From positions 8,790 to 72,789 of the forward strand of contig JBCAXK010000002.1 in NCBI GenBank assembly GCA_038534095.1: 64,000 nucleotides of DNA, in the 5' to 3' direction. The DNA is from Chlamydiota bacterium. GTDB lineage: Bacteria > Chlamydiota > Chlamydiia > Chlamydiales > SM23-39. The first letter of the stretch is position 1. Each line of letters starts with the position of its first letter. Under the pieces are notes generated by a model. The model made no database searches. It was not told the DNA's origin and saw only the letters and a program-made list of their open reading frames with translations. Position numbers and translations under genes: made by a program. Positions 1 to 9,231 of this stretch are shown piece by piece.

Positions 1-1092
1 GTGGCCCATAAGAGCGCCCGACTTTCTATAGCTCACAGGAAGGATCACGGCTTGCTGATCTCTTGGAGGCAGGTGCCATTTCCCGGCGGCAAAGTAGGCC
101 CATAGGGGGAGAGGAGAAGGGAAGGTTTTGAAGCGGTTTTGGGCAGAAAAAACGGGAGATTTGATCTGATGGAGAAAGAGAGGAATGCGTACCGTTTTTT
201 GGCCTAAAGGGACTTTTGCCACAATTCGAGCTTCTCCCCCTTTTTTTATGGAAGGGAGAAAAGAGTGATCCAAGATCCAAGAGCGCGCTTGTCCATGTTC
301 TAAAAAGAGGGGAACGGACTTTTCTACGGGGTAGCGCTGACCATGAAGAGTTAAAGTCGCTTTGTTTCCTTCGATTTTGAGGACGGCTTCTCCCGGTTTA
401 CTAGGATCTATCGTCACCGTTTGCAGTTGGCCCTCGCGTAAGGTCGCTTCACAAGGAAAAGAGGCATCTTGCAAGTCTTGTATCTTTAGGGGGAGTCTAG
501 CAGGCAACGTGCCTTTTTCTAGGCGGACATGGTGAAAAAACCGCGCAAAATCTTTCCCGCTTTTGAGCGTTCTTAACAGGTTCTTGAGGTCCTCTGACGA
601 AGGGGGGATCAGTAGCTTGGATAACCTAGGGTTCTTTGTAGGGAAAGATAGTAGATAAGACATTTGCGAGAGCTGGCTAAATCGATCCCCTTGTGTGAGG
701 CTGAGCCGCATTAACGAGGGGGCCCACTCATACTCTTGATAAGGGAGGGGAGCGTCGTTTTGCAGGGTTTCTAGAGCGCTTAAAAGTTTTTTCGCTAGCG
801 CATTTTCTTGTGGATTCTCGATTTCCTCTTGCAAAGTTGCGAAGGAAAATCGGGACTGGAACTCCCGACTTTTCTTGTAGTAGGCCTCGGTGGGATAAAT
901 GCGCAGAGGAGCGTGAACAGAAGTGAGCTTTTCAAGCCAGTTGCTTTCAATCCCTGAAATCACAGATAAAAAAACGACCGCTAGCCATACCACCGTGGAG
1001 ATGACAAACAAAGACATGAAAGAAAGTAGAGTAGTGCTTAAATATCTTTTTTTAGGTAAAAGATATTTTAGGGCAATTTTTCTTTCAAACAA
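1..1092 (-). CDS. LolC/LolE (FtsX-type) lipoprotein-release ABC permease, 3' end truncated by the window edge
   Basis: This gene is not in the ORF track because the reverse-strand frame is open from 1092 to base 1 with no stop. A TTG at 1092 gives (M)FERKIALKYLLPKKRYLSTTLLSFMSLFVISTVVWLAVVFLSVISGIESNWLEKL.... That is the typical LolC/E N-terminus: the IALRYL..KK motif, TM1, then a periplasmic domain. It lies immediately downstream of rpmG in the same frame. Confidence 0.7.
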   Translation of the reverse strand, partial: MFERKIALKYLLPKKRYLSTTLLSFMSLFVISTVVWLAVVFLSVISGIESNWLEKLTSVHAPLRIYPTEAYYKKSREFQSRFSFATLQEEIENPQENALAKKLLSALETLQNDAPLPYQEYEWAPSLMRLSLTQGDRFSQLSQMSYLLSFPTKNPRLSKLLIPPSSEDLKNLLRTLKSGKDFARFFHHVRLEKGTLPARLPLKIQDLQDASFPCEATLREGQLQTVTIDPSKPGEAVLKIEGNKATLTLHGQRYPVEKSVPLFLEHGQARSWILDHSFLPSIKKGGEARIVAKVPLGQKTVRIPLFLHQIKSPVFSAQNRFKTFPSPLPLWAYFAAGKWHLPPRDQQAVILPVSYRKSGALMGH

Positions 1093-1101
1093 AGTAGTGG
1101 C

Positions 1102-1266
1102 TTATTTAGCTTCTTTGAAACGAACTTTTTTACGAAGAGTCTTATCAAACTTCATCAGTTCTAAACGTTCTGTTGTATTGCGCCGGTTTTTTTCTGTCCA
1201 GTAGCACTCATCGCTCTCTGTACTTTTTAATTTAATAACTTCCCTAGCGCCTTTCTTCTTAGCCAT
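1102..1266 (-). CDS. rpmG: 50S ribosomal protein L33
   Basis: A 54-aa ORF, below the track's size cutoff. It reads MAKKKGAREVIKLKSTESDECYWTEKNRRNTTERLELMKFDKTLRKKVRFKEAK. This matches the conserved L33 pattern (IKL.ST.S...Y.T.KN.RN...RLEL.K.D...RKHV.FKE). The ATG is at 1266 and the TAA at 1102-1104. Confidence 0.85.
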   Translation of the reverse strand: MAKKKGAREVIKLKSTESDECYWTEKNRRNTTERLELMKFDKTLRKKVRFKEAK

Positions 1267-1311
1267 GATTCTCCCAAGTAGTTTGTCAAGATTTTACGAA
1301 AAAAGCGGCAA

Positions 1312-2325
1312 TCATACAAGGAAAAAAGGAAGCCTAGATGCAGCTCCGAGCGCTAATGAGTCGGGAGGGCCTTGCTGGGCTTTGTGCCAAGCCAGCATCC
1401 CGATCATTGCTCCATTGTCTGAAGCAAGGCCGCGCTCTGGAAAAAAACAGGGAAGAGAAGCGTGACTTTGGCAAAGGTATTGCAGAGTTTGATTTTGTAC
1501 GACGCCACCTCCTAAGACGATCGATTTGGGATGATACATTTTTTTTGCGCGTTCAATTTTTTGTAAAACATCGGTGAAAGCCGCCTTTTGAAAGGCCGCA
1601 GCGATGTCCCGTTTTTCTTGAAGAGTTAACGGGGCATTTTTGGGTATTTGGTAGCTAACGGCTGTTTTTAAACCACTAAAAGAAAAGGCGTAAGGATTTT
1701 TTTTGACCTCGCCTGCCCGAAAAGCATAAGCATTTGGATTGCCGTTTTTGGCTAACTCCTCGATCCACTGTCCGCTTGGCAGCGAGGTAAGAGACTTTTC
1801 TTCTGTAGATTCAAGTAGGCGAGCAACCTTATCAAAAGCTTCGCCGATCGCATCATCGACGGTCGACCCTATATGCTTGTAGGAGCCAAATTTTTCGATC
1901 AAGACCATCGTGGTGTGTCCTCCAGATAGGATGAGACCAAGGGCGGGGAGGGGGGCATTTTGTAGCAAGCCGGGATAGAGGTGGGCTTCAATGTGATTGA
2001 CCCCATAAAAGGGTTTTTGATGTAGCGTGGCTAGCGTTTTTGCGGCGCCTAGTCCGACAAGGAGGGAGTTGATGAGACCGGGGCCTTGGGTCGCTGCAAA
2101 TGCGCCAATTTCTGTGATAGAGAGGCGCGCCTCATCTAACGCAGCTTGCATTACTGGTAAAAGATTTTTTACATGCGCCCTTGCGGCAAGCTCGGGAAAG
2201 ACGCCTCCAAAAGGGGCGTGAAGAGCGTTTTGAGAAGCGACCACATTGGATAGAATTTCTTGCCCATTTTTTACAACAGCTACGCAGGTATCATCACAAC
2301 TCGTTTCAAAACTTAAAAAAAGCAT
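1312..2325 (-). CDS. tsaD: tRNA N6-adenosine threonylcarbamoyltransferase TsaD (Gcp/Kae1)
   Basis: 337 aa. The N-terminus MLFLSFETSCDDTCVAVV and the segments GVNHIEAHL and SGGHT are characteristic of the Kae1/TsaD family. Confidence 0.9.
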   Translation of the reverse strand: MLFLSFETSCDDTCVAVVKNGQEILSNVVASQNALHAPFGGVFPELAARAHVKNLLPVMQAALDEARLSITEIGAFAATQGPGLINSLLVGLGAAKTLATLHQKPFYGVNHIEAHLYPGLLQNAPLPALGLILSGGHTTMVLIEKFGSYKHIGSTVDDAIGEAFDKVARLLESTEEKSLTSLPSGQWIEELAKNGNPNAYAFRAGEVKKNPYAFSFSGLKTAVSYQIPKNAPLTLQEKRDIAAAFQKAAFTDVLQKIERAKKMYHPKSIVLGGGVVQNQTLQYLCQSHASLPCFFPERGLASDNGAMIGMLAWHKAQQGPPDSLALGAASRLPFFLV

Positions 2326-2328
2326 GGT

Positions 2329-3072
2329 CTAGAGTAGCATAGCAGCTCCCTTATCCACAATCCAGAGGGCTGGTTTTTGAGGAGAGCCTATTTGGCTAAT
2401 GGGTAGATCACTCCCTTGTTTTAACGCCTTTTGTACAATCGGAGCCTTGTTTTTTCCTAGAGCAAGGATCAGCGTCTCCCGACTTTGGTTGATGCAAGAA
2501 AAGGTGAGGGTCATGCGCCACATCTTTTTCTTGGGAACAAAGTGGGCTGCGACCAGTTGTTCTTTAGGAAAATCATTGTTTGTTTCTGGAAATAGTGAAG
2601 CGGTATGCCCATCTTCCCCCACTCCTAAAAGCACAAGATCAAATAGGTAGGTAGGTAGCTGGTTTTTGATGAGCTCTTCGTACCGTTTGGCTTCGTGGAT
2701 GATCGCTTCGGGCGCTCCTTCTACATGCATCGGAAAAATGTGTTCTTTTCGCAAAGGGAGATGCTCCAAATGGCCTTCGATCATTGCCCCATAGTAATTG
2801 CTTTCCTGATCGGTTAGCGGCTTTTGCCGCTCATCACCCCAAAAAAGGAGCACTTGGCTCCAATCCACCTGCTCTTTATAGGGGCTCTTTGTAAGGCTTT
2901 CATAGAGCTTTTTAGGAGTGGATCCTCCTGAGAGCGCTACCGAAAAGAACCCTTTTTCTTGCAGATGTTTTTGAGCTTTTTCTATGAAAAATGTGGTCAT
3001 AAAAGAGACGGTTTCTTCCACATTTCCTGGAAGAAAAACCTTTTGTTTTGGATAAGATTGGATATCTACCAT
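2329..3072 (-). CDS. pgl: 6-phosphogluconolactonase
   Basis: Carries the ALSGGSTPKKLY and WGDER motifs. The track ORF extends to 3258 but that part overlaps opcA. I place the start at MVDIQ (ATG at 3072), which overlaps the opcA stop by 7 nt. Confidence 0.85.
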   Translation of the reverse strand: MVDIQSYPKQKVFLPGNVEETVSFMTTFFIEKAQKHLQEKGFFSVALSGGSTPKKLYESLTKSPYKEQVDWSQVLLFWGDERQKPLTDQESNYYGAMIEGHLEHLPLRKEHIFPMHVEGAPEAIIHEAKRYEELIKNQLPTYLFDLVLLGVGEDGHTASLFPETNNDFPKEQLVAAHFVPKKKMWRMTLTFSCINQSRETLILALGKNKAPIVQKALKQGSDLPISQIGSPQKPALWIVDKGAAMLL

Positions 3073-4130
3073 GAGCGAATCAAAAGCTCCATTGTATCTA
3101 AATATTGCTGGTTTGTTTGTTTCTTGACCATCTCTGCAGACAGAGAAGCCCCTCGCGTTTCTTTGGGGATAGAAATGGTTCTTGGTAAAGCGCATTTTTC
3201 TTTCGAAGTGATGCGCACAGCAATTTCGGAAGAAGCCTCCAGTTTTCTTTGAAAACAAAACCGGTTTTCTCCTGAAAGAATTTCCAAAGAAATGAGGGCG
3301 CCTGGCCTTAGAGAGGGGGCATTTCTTGCTTCGATCTGGACATTAGTTGGGGAAAAATGCAAGGCCAGTTCGCTCGATTTTTTCACCGTCCATCCGAGCC
3401 TGTTTGCAAGCCAAAAAATGAGGTAAAGCGTTTCTGTTTTCGGATGAGGAATGTACGGGTTTTTTTCACCATTGTACACGATCCTTATCTCCTTTGCTTG
3501 TTGCAACAAAGCTTTTTCCCTTTCGGTACGAAATTCTGCAGCAAGGAGATGTCTCCAAGGGGAGGTTCTTGTCCAGTTGAGATCAGAAATGTGGGAAGTT
3601 TTTTCTGGCAAGTATTCACGCATACCAGAGAGAAACGTACGAAACGTAGGACAGGAGCCAGAATCGATAATAAGACGATCGCACAAAGGCTCTAACTGAG
3701 CAAATAGGGCATGTTTTTTGGAAGGGGGATCTAGCCATAACAAATGGATCGGCAGATCGGGTACTAGATGAGGGAGCAACACAAAAAAGACTTTTTCTGC
3801 TCCAGAGCCTCCAAAGCCCATATCAATCGTATCGCAGGCGGTATCTGATCCGTTTTTAATATCGACTACAGACACCGCTGTTTTTAGGTAGGAAGAGGAG
3901 CTTTCCCGATCATGAGAAAGAAAAATGATCCGGCAAGGATAATTTTCGATCACTTTCATCACAACTTCCCGAAAAGAATCGGATCGGGGATCTCTTTTTG
4001 TATAAACGACTAAATTGAAGAGGCAAGCGCGTACTTTGTTTTTTTTTGCGAGCCCTTCCCAAATTGTGACGAGGGTGCTTTCGATGTTTTCTGGAGAAAC
4101 CAGTGTCTGCATGCTCATAAGAGACGCCAC
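3066..4130 (-). CDS. opcA: OpcA-like glucose-6-phosphate dehydrogenase assembly protein
   Basis: 354 aa, located between zwf and pgl. The N-terminus has IESTLVTIWEGL....RACLFNLVVY, which resembles the OpcA signature (IE..L..LW......RA...NLVVY). It overlaps the zwf stop by 16 nt. Confidence 0.65.
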   Translation of the reverse strand: MASLMSMQTLVSPENIESTLVTIWEGLAKKNKVRACLFNLVVYTKRDPRSDSFREVVMKVIENYPCRIIFLSHDRESSSSYLKTAVSVVDIKNGSDTACDTIDMGFGGSGAEKVFFVLLPHLVPDLPIHLLWLDPPSKKHALFAQLEPLCDRLIIDSGSCPTFRTFLSGMREYLPEKTSHISDLNWTRTSPWRHLLAAEFRTEREKALLQQAKEIRIVYNGEKNPYIPHPKTETLYLIFWLANRLGWTVKKSSELALHFSPTNVQIEARNAPSLRPGALISLEILSGENRFCFQRKLEASSEIAVRITSKEKCALPRTISIPKETRGASLSAEMVKKQTNQQYLDTMELLIRSW

Positions 4131-5647
4131 TTTCTCCCTTTTTTTTCAAGAAGATGGCTGGATTTTTCAGGTCCCCAAGAACCTGCTTGGTATAAATGGA
4201 TCTCCGCCTCTCGATTTTCCTGAAAATGCTCTAAAATTGGCGTGAAAAAATGCCAAGAATTTTTGACTTCATCTGTTCTTGCAAAAAGCGTATTGTCTCC
4301 TAACATACAATCCCAAATCAGTCTTTCATACGCTTCTGGAGGAGTTTTTCCAAAATAGCTACCATAGCGAAAGTCCATTTTGACCGGCTGAACGGGGCTT
4401 TCTGGACCGGGTACTTTGCAGTTGATTTTTATCGAAATCCCCTCATCAGGTTGGATCCGAATGGCAAGGACGTTAGGAGGGTTTTCCCCCTGTTCTTTGA
4501 ACAAGATGCCAGGCGTTTCTTTAAAAACGATTGCGATCTCTGTCGCTCTTTTTGGCAATCTTTTCCCTGCCCTCAAGTAGAAGGGGACTCCTGCCCAGCG
4601 CCAGTTATCGATAAATACGCGAAGAGCTAAAAATGTTTCGATGTTTGAAGTGGGCGATACATCGCGTTCCTTCCGATAAGCGATCACCTCTTCTCCCTCA
4701 ATGAACCCGTTTTGGTACTGCCCTCGGATCAAAGACTCTTCCATGTCTTGTTTCGTGAAGGGACGAAGAGATTCGAGTACCTTGACTTTTTCCCCACGGA
4801 TCGCATCGGCTGACAAGTTTGCTGGAGGTTCCATAGCTGTTAGAGATAAGAGTTGCATCAGGTGATTTTGTACGACATCGCGTAAAATGCCTTGCTCTTC
4901 AAAAAAGTGCCCTCTAGATCCAATCCCAATGCTTTCAGCTACCGTGATTTGTACATGATCGATATAACGATTATTCCAAAGGGATTCGAAGATCGCATTA
5001 GCAAAACGGAACACCAAAATGTTTTGGACCGTTTCCTTACCCAGGTAGTGGTCAATTCTATAAATTTGATTTTCGTGCAAAGATTGTTCAATATTTTTTT
5101 GTAGTTTGTCCGCAGAGTGACTATCACGGCCAAAAGGTTTTTCGATGATCACCCTAGAAAATTTCTCTTTTTCCTGGAAAAAATCGTAGATCAGGCCATG
5201 TTTTTTGAGTTTTTCAATGATGAGAGGAAAAAACTTTGGTTGGACAGAAAGGTAGAAAATGCGATTCCCCTTAGTTCCGTGATTCCGTTCGAGCTTCTCT
5301 AAGAAGGTACGCAAAGATTCATAGGCATCATCCTCATCAAATTCTCCTTGATGGTAAAAGATGGATTGCTGGAAATCATTCCAAAAAGAGGGGTCTAAAG
5401 GTTTTGTCCGAGAAAAGCTTTCAATATCCTTGGCCATCTCCTGACGGAACTCTTCATCTGTTTTCTCTCTTCGTGCAAATCCTACGCACGCAAAGTTTGG
5501 AGGTAAAGATCCCTCTTTCCCTAAATTGTAAATCGCAGGAATGAGCTTACGCCCCGTTAGATCACCGGTAGCTCCAAAAATCACAAGGGAACAAGATTCT
5601 GGGTGCTTTTCTTCTGCGCCGAGCTTGTCAAAGGAATGTTTGTCCAT
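4115..5647 (-). CDS. zwf: glucose-6-phosphate 1-dehydrogenase
   Basis: Has the dinucleotide-binding motif VIFGATGDLTGRKL and the active-site motif RIDHYLGKE. The start is set at MDKHSF (ATG at 5647) rather than the longer track ORF. Confidence 0.9.
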   Translation of the reverse strand: MDKHSFDKLGAEEKHPESCSLVIFGATGDLTGRKLIPAIYNLGKEGSLPPNFACVGFARREKTDEEFRQEMAKDIESFSRTKPLDPSFWNDFQQSIFYHQGEFDEDDAYESLRTFLEKLERNHGTKGNRIFYLSVQPKFFPLIIEKLKKHGLIYDFFQEKEKFSRVIIEKPFGRDSHSADKLQKNIEQSLHENQIYRIDHYLGKETVQNILVFRFANAIFESLWNNRYIDHVQITVAESIGIGSRGHFFEEQGILRDVVQNHLMQLLSLTAMEPPANLSADAIRGEKVKVLESLRPFTKQDMEESLIRGQYQNGFIEGEEVIAYRKERDVSPTSNIETFLALRVFIDNWRWAGVPFYLRAGKRLPKRATEIAIVFKETPGILFKEQGENPPNVLAIRIQPDEGISIKINCKVPGPESPVQPVKMDFRYGSYFGKTPPEAYERLIWDCMLGDNTLFARTDEVKNSWHFFTPILEHFQENREAEIHLYQAGSWGPEKSSHLLEKKGRKWRLL

Positions 5648-5908
5648 ATAACTTACATTGTAAGATTGCGCAAAAATCTGCAAGATATTTTGCGCAGCGT
5701 AGTGACAGATAAAGAGGGAATGGTAACAATTTTCCTGATCGGAAGTGTGTGGAATAGTCTTTTGCGCCTTGCAGTAAAGAGGAATGAAAAGGGAACTGGG
5801 AAGCCTTGGCAAGTTCTTGCGACCTGCCCAGAAAGATGAGTCTCGTAAGGAGTTTTTTGTGGCGACTATGTAGGCGCTCCAAAAGATGCTTACAAGTTCC
5901 TGGAGATT

Positions 5909-6331
5909 TTACGACGTTTCAAGCCGTTTTTTTTCCAAGTAGTCTTGTAGTAAGATCAAAGCGGAGGTTTCATCGAGCTTTGGAGTCCGTTTTTTTCGGG
6001 AAAAACTCGCTAGCTCTTGATGCGCCCGGATAGAGGTAAATCTCTCATCAAAAAACTCGACGGGCCATTTGGTTTGCGCTTCTAATGTCTTGGCAAAAGC
6101 GCGCACTTCTACGCTCATAGGACTTTCTTGTCCATTGGGTAAAAGGGGAAGGCCCAGCACAATTTCAAGAATGGAGTACTGAGATGTTGCTTTCGCAAGA
6201 TTTTTGACACTTTCTTGGTGGGACTTTCCTGTAGAAATGGTTTCTAAGGGTAGCGCCATGATCCTTCGTTCATCTGTGATGGCAAGACCAATCCTTTTTT
6301 TCCCATAGTCAATGGAAAGAATTCTGGTCAT
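5909..6331 (-). CDS. ruvX: YqgF/RuvX putative pre-16S rRNA nuclease (Holliday junction resolvase-like)
   Basis: 140 aa. The N-terminus MTRILSIDYGKKRIGLAITD is typical of the YqgF family. It has an ATGA overlap with the kdsB stop. Confidence 0.85.
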   Translation of the reverse strand: MTRILSIDYGKKRIGLAITDERRIMALPLETISTGKSHQESVKNLAKATSQYSILEIVLGLPLLPNGQESPMSVEVRAFAKTLEAQTKWPVEFFDERFTSIRAHQELASFSRKKRTPKLDETSALILLQDYLEKKRLETS

Positions 6332-7077
6332 GAGGGAGTTTCCGAGAAGAAGAGATGCTTGTAAGCAAGCGCTTGATCAGGGGTATCAATGCCGATCATA
6401 TCGCCGAGGGTATCTGGATGCGAGGTTGTGACAGCCACTTTGATTTGATAGCCGTGAGATAAAAAGCGGAGCTGTTCCAAATCCTCTGCAATCTCTATAT
6501 CCGAAGGTTTGAGGCTAGAGAGTTTTTGTAGAAATGCCCGTCTATATGCGTAGAGGCCAATATGATGGTAGTACGTTTTTGCGTTGTAGGGAATAACCGA
6601 TCGACTAAAGTAAAGAGCGTTGTGATTGTGATCGAACGTGCATTTGACCGTTTGTGGCGGTTTTGCTTGCTCGTAAGAGCAGGGGCGCACAGCGGTGGCA
6701 ATCTGGGTGTTAGGATTTTCTACTAGAGATTGAATGATTTTTTTTGTGGTTGCAAGAGATACAAATGGATGGTCTCCTTGCATATTCATGATGATCTCCG
6801 CATCTTGCAAGTGGTAGCTCGAGCGCAGGGCCTCTGCAATTCTATCGGTGCCCGATCTTGGCGCGGAAGAGGTGATGATGACAGGCACCCTATTTTCTAC
6901 GTGTTTGGCAATTTCTAAGCTATCTGTTGCGACGAAAATCTCGGAAAAAAAAGAAAATGATTGCACATTTTCCACAGTTGTTTGTAATAAAGATTTACGC
7001 CCAATGGAATGAAGCATTTTTCGAGGAAATCTACGGCTGTTGAGCCTTGCAGGAATCACACAAACAATCTTAGGCAC
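6328..7077 (-). CDS. kdsB: 3-deoxy-manno-octulosonate cytidylyltransferase (CMP-KDO synthetase)
   Basis: 249 aa. Contains KIVCVIPARLNSRRFPRKML and MQGDHP, both typical of KdsB. Confidence 0.9.
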   Translation of the reverse strand: MPKIVCVIPARLNSRRFPRKMLHSIGRKSLLQTTVENVQSFSFFSEIFVATDSLEIAKHVENRVPVIITSSAPRSGTDRIAEALRSSYHLQDAEIIMNMQGDHPFVSLATTKKIIQSLVENPNTQIATAVRPCSYEQAKPPQTVKCTFDHNHNALYFSRSVIPYNAKTYYHHIGLYAYRRAFLQKLSSLKPSDIEIAEDLEQLRFLSHGYQIKVAVTTSHPDTLGDMIGIDTPDQALAYKHLFFSETPS

Positions 7078-7172
7078 AAGTGGAGTTCACCTTTCTGAAA
7101 TTAATGGAATATTGTTTTATTTATCCTATTTGGTTATGTAATTAACAGCAAGTGAATCATAAGGAGTGAGAC

Positions 7173-8759
7173 GTGAACTTTGCAGAGTATAGACGGGCTT
7201 TTCAACCAAAATGTCCTCAAATCTTAGAGCAGGTAGAAAGCTTACAATTCGTCCAGGAAAAAGAGCTTTCTTGTGATCCCAATATCGAGCCCCTTTTCCC
7301 CCATACAGCGCGTCAGTCTTTACTTGTTGCAAAAAAAGGAGGGGAGAAATTGAGCCGGGTATTGCAGATAGGGGTCGTTTTTTCTGGAGGACAAGCTCCA
7401 GGAGGGCACAATGTGATCACAGGATTATTTGATACGGTCAAAAAAATGCATCCGCAATCAAAACTGCACGGATTTTTAGGAGGACCTGATGGGATTTTGC
7501 AAAGCCGTTCCCTTGATCTCACAAAAGAGGTATTAGCCTCTTACCGCAATGAGGGAGGGTTTGATCTGATTGGATCGGGGCGAACAAAACTTGAAAGCGA
7601 GGAGCATATGAAGCGCTCTTTAAAAACGTGTCAATCGTTAGGATTAGATGGGCTTGTGATTATTGGAGGCGATGATTCCAATACCAACGCAGCGCTCCTT
7701 GCTGAATATTTCCTAGCCAACCATCAGGCCACTACTGTTGTTGGTGTCCCAAAAACGATTGATGGAGATCTGCAGTCGGAAAATATTCCGATATCCTTTG
7801 GTTTTGATACGGCAACAAAAGTCTACGGAGAGCTCATAGGAAACATCACAAAAGACGCGCTTTCTGCAAAAAAATATTACCATTTTATTCGGCTCATGGG
7901 AAGATCAGCGTCCCATGTGACGCTAGAGTGCGCGTTAAAAACCCACCCTAATCTTACGCTCTTATCTGAAGAATGCCTTGCTGATAATACATCTTTGCTC
8001 CGAGTCGTTGATGAGATAGCGACCTTGATTGAAAGAAGAGAGACGCTCGATCGTTTGTATGGGGTGATTTTGATTCCCGAGGGACTTTTAGAATTTTTGC
8101 CAGAAATGAAACGGCTGATCGAAACGATCAATGAACTGATTTCTGAAGGAACGAAAGAGGAAAAAATCCCTCAAAAACTGTCTGGAGAAGAGAGTAAGGT
8201 ATTTTCACAGCTCCCCCCATCGATCCAAAAGCAGCTTCTTTTGGATCGCGATCCGCATGGCAACGTTCAGGTATCCCAAATCGAGACCGAAAAATTGCTC
8301 ATTGCTATGGTAAAAAAACGACTTGAAGAGCGGAAGAAATTTCACGGAACCTTTCGGGCTGTTCCCCATTTCTTTGGTTATGAGGGGCGCTCTGGTTATC
8401 CATCAAACTTTGATGCCAACTACTGCTATTCGTTAGGGTCGATCGCCGCTTTTTTAGTCCGAGAGAAGAAATCGGGATACATGGCTGCCTGCGGCGCTTT
8501 GCATGAAAGCCCAGGAACCTGGGAGCCAAAAGCCGTTCCCATCACGTCTCTCATGCAGCTAGAAAAACGGAAAGGCAAAAAGGTCCCTGTGATCAAAAAA
8601 TCTCTTGTGAGCTTTTCTTCAGAAGCCTACCGGACCTTTGTCGCACGTAAAGATGCTTGGAAGTGGGATGATGACTACCAGATGCCAGGACCTATCCAGC
8701 TCTTTGGCCCAGAAGAATTGGCAGATGCTCCCCCTTTGAGCTTAAGGAAGAGTTCCTGA
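7173..8759 (+). CDS. pfp: diphosphate--fructose-6-phosphate 1-phosphotransferase (PPi-dependent PFK)
   Basis: 528 aa. GTG start with an AAGGAG Shine-Dalgarno at 7161-7166. Contains GGQAPGGHNVI, IGGDDSNT and PKTIDGDL, which are motifs of the long PFP/PFK family. Confidence 0.85.
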   Translation: MNFAEYRRAFQPKCPQILEQVESLQFVQEKELSCDPNIEPLFPHTARQSLLVAKKGGEKLSRVLQIGVVFSGGQAPGGHNVITGLFDTVKKMHPQSKLHGFLGGPDGILQSRSLDLTKEVLASYRNEGGFDLIGSGRTKLESEEHMKRSLKTCQSLGLDGLVIIGGDDSNTNAALLAEYFLANHQATTVVGVPKTIDGDLQSENIPISFGFDTATKVYGELIGNITKDALSAKKYYHFIRLMGRSASHVTLECALKTHPNLTLLSEECLADNTSLLRVVDEIATLIERRETLDRLYGVILIPEGLLEFLPEMKRLIETINELISEGTKEEKIPQKLSGEESKVFSQLPPSIQKQLLLDRDPHGNVQVSQIETEKLLIAMVKKRLEERKKFHGTFRAVPHFFGYEGRSGYPSNFDANYCYSLGSIAAFLVREKKSGYMAACGALHESPGTWEPKAVPITSLMQLEKRKGKKVPVIKKSLVSFSSEAYRTFVARKDAWKWDDDYQMPGPIQLFGPEELADAPPLSLRKSS

Positions 8760-9231
8760 TCGGGCTCTTTGATCGACTTTTCCGTGATGGATTTGTGGCG
8801 CAGGACTTGTGAACAAGCCAAGCTATCTACGATTTTTCGTAAGACTAAGAGCCATGTTTCTAAGTATCTAAAAGCAATCTCTATGGGCAAGGCTGAGAAA
8901 ATGCATGGTGATTATTCACCAGTATTTAAGGAGTCAGGATCAAGCAGTTCTAGTCTGAAGGGTGGGTAAAAACTGCCTTCTTACTCACGTTTTACATCTA
9001 TATTCTAGACCATTCATGAAGCGGTCTCTAGTCCAATAGCGCCGCGCATTTATAGGCCCCGTAGAAGTCACTAGTTGGAGATCTAAGGACAAAAACGGTA
9101 TAATTCATCAATTGTTCACCTATTTGAATGAAATGCAAGCGTGTTTTTCTTGGTTTGGAACCTTTTTTTCATATTTTATTAATAGGTTTTTTACTAACGT
9201 TAAAGCGTAGTAATGCCTTCTGTAAGCGATT

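Noticed and set aside
26-1204. Track ORFs 26..280 (minus) and 923..1204 (plus)
   Set aside because: Both are displaced by the LolC/E-type permease frame (1..1092, minus) and by rpmG, which have clear family signatures.
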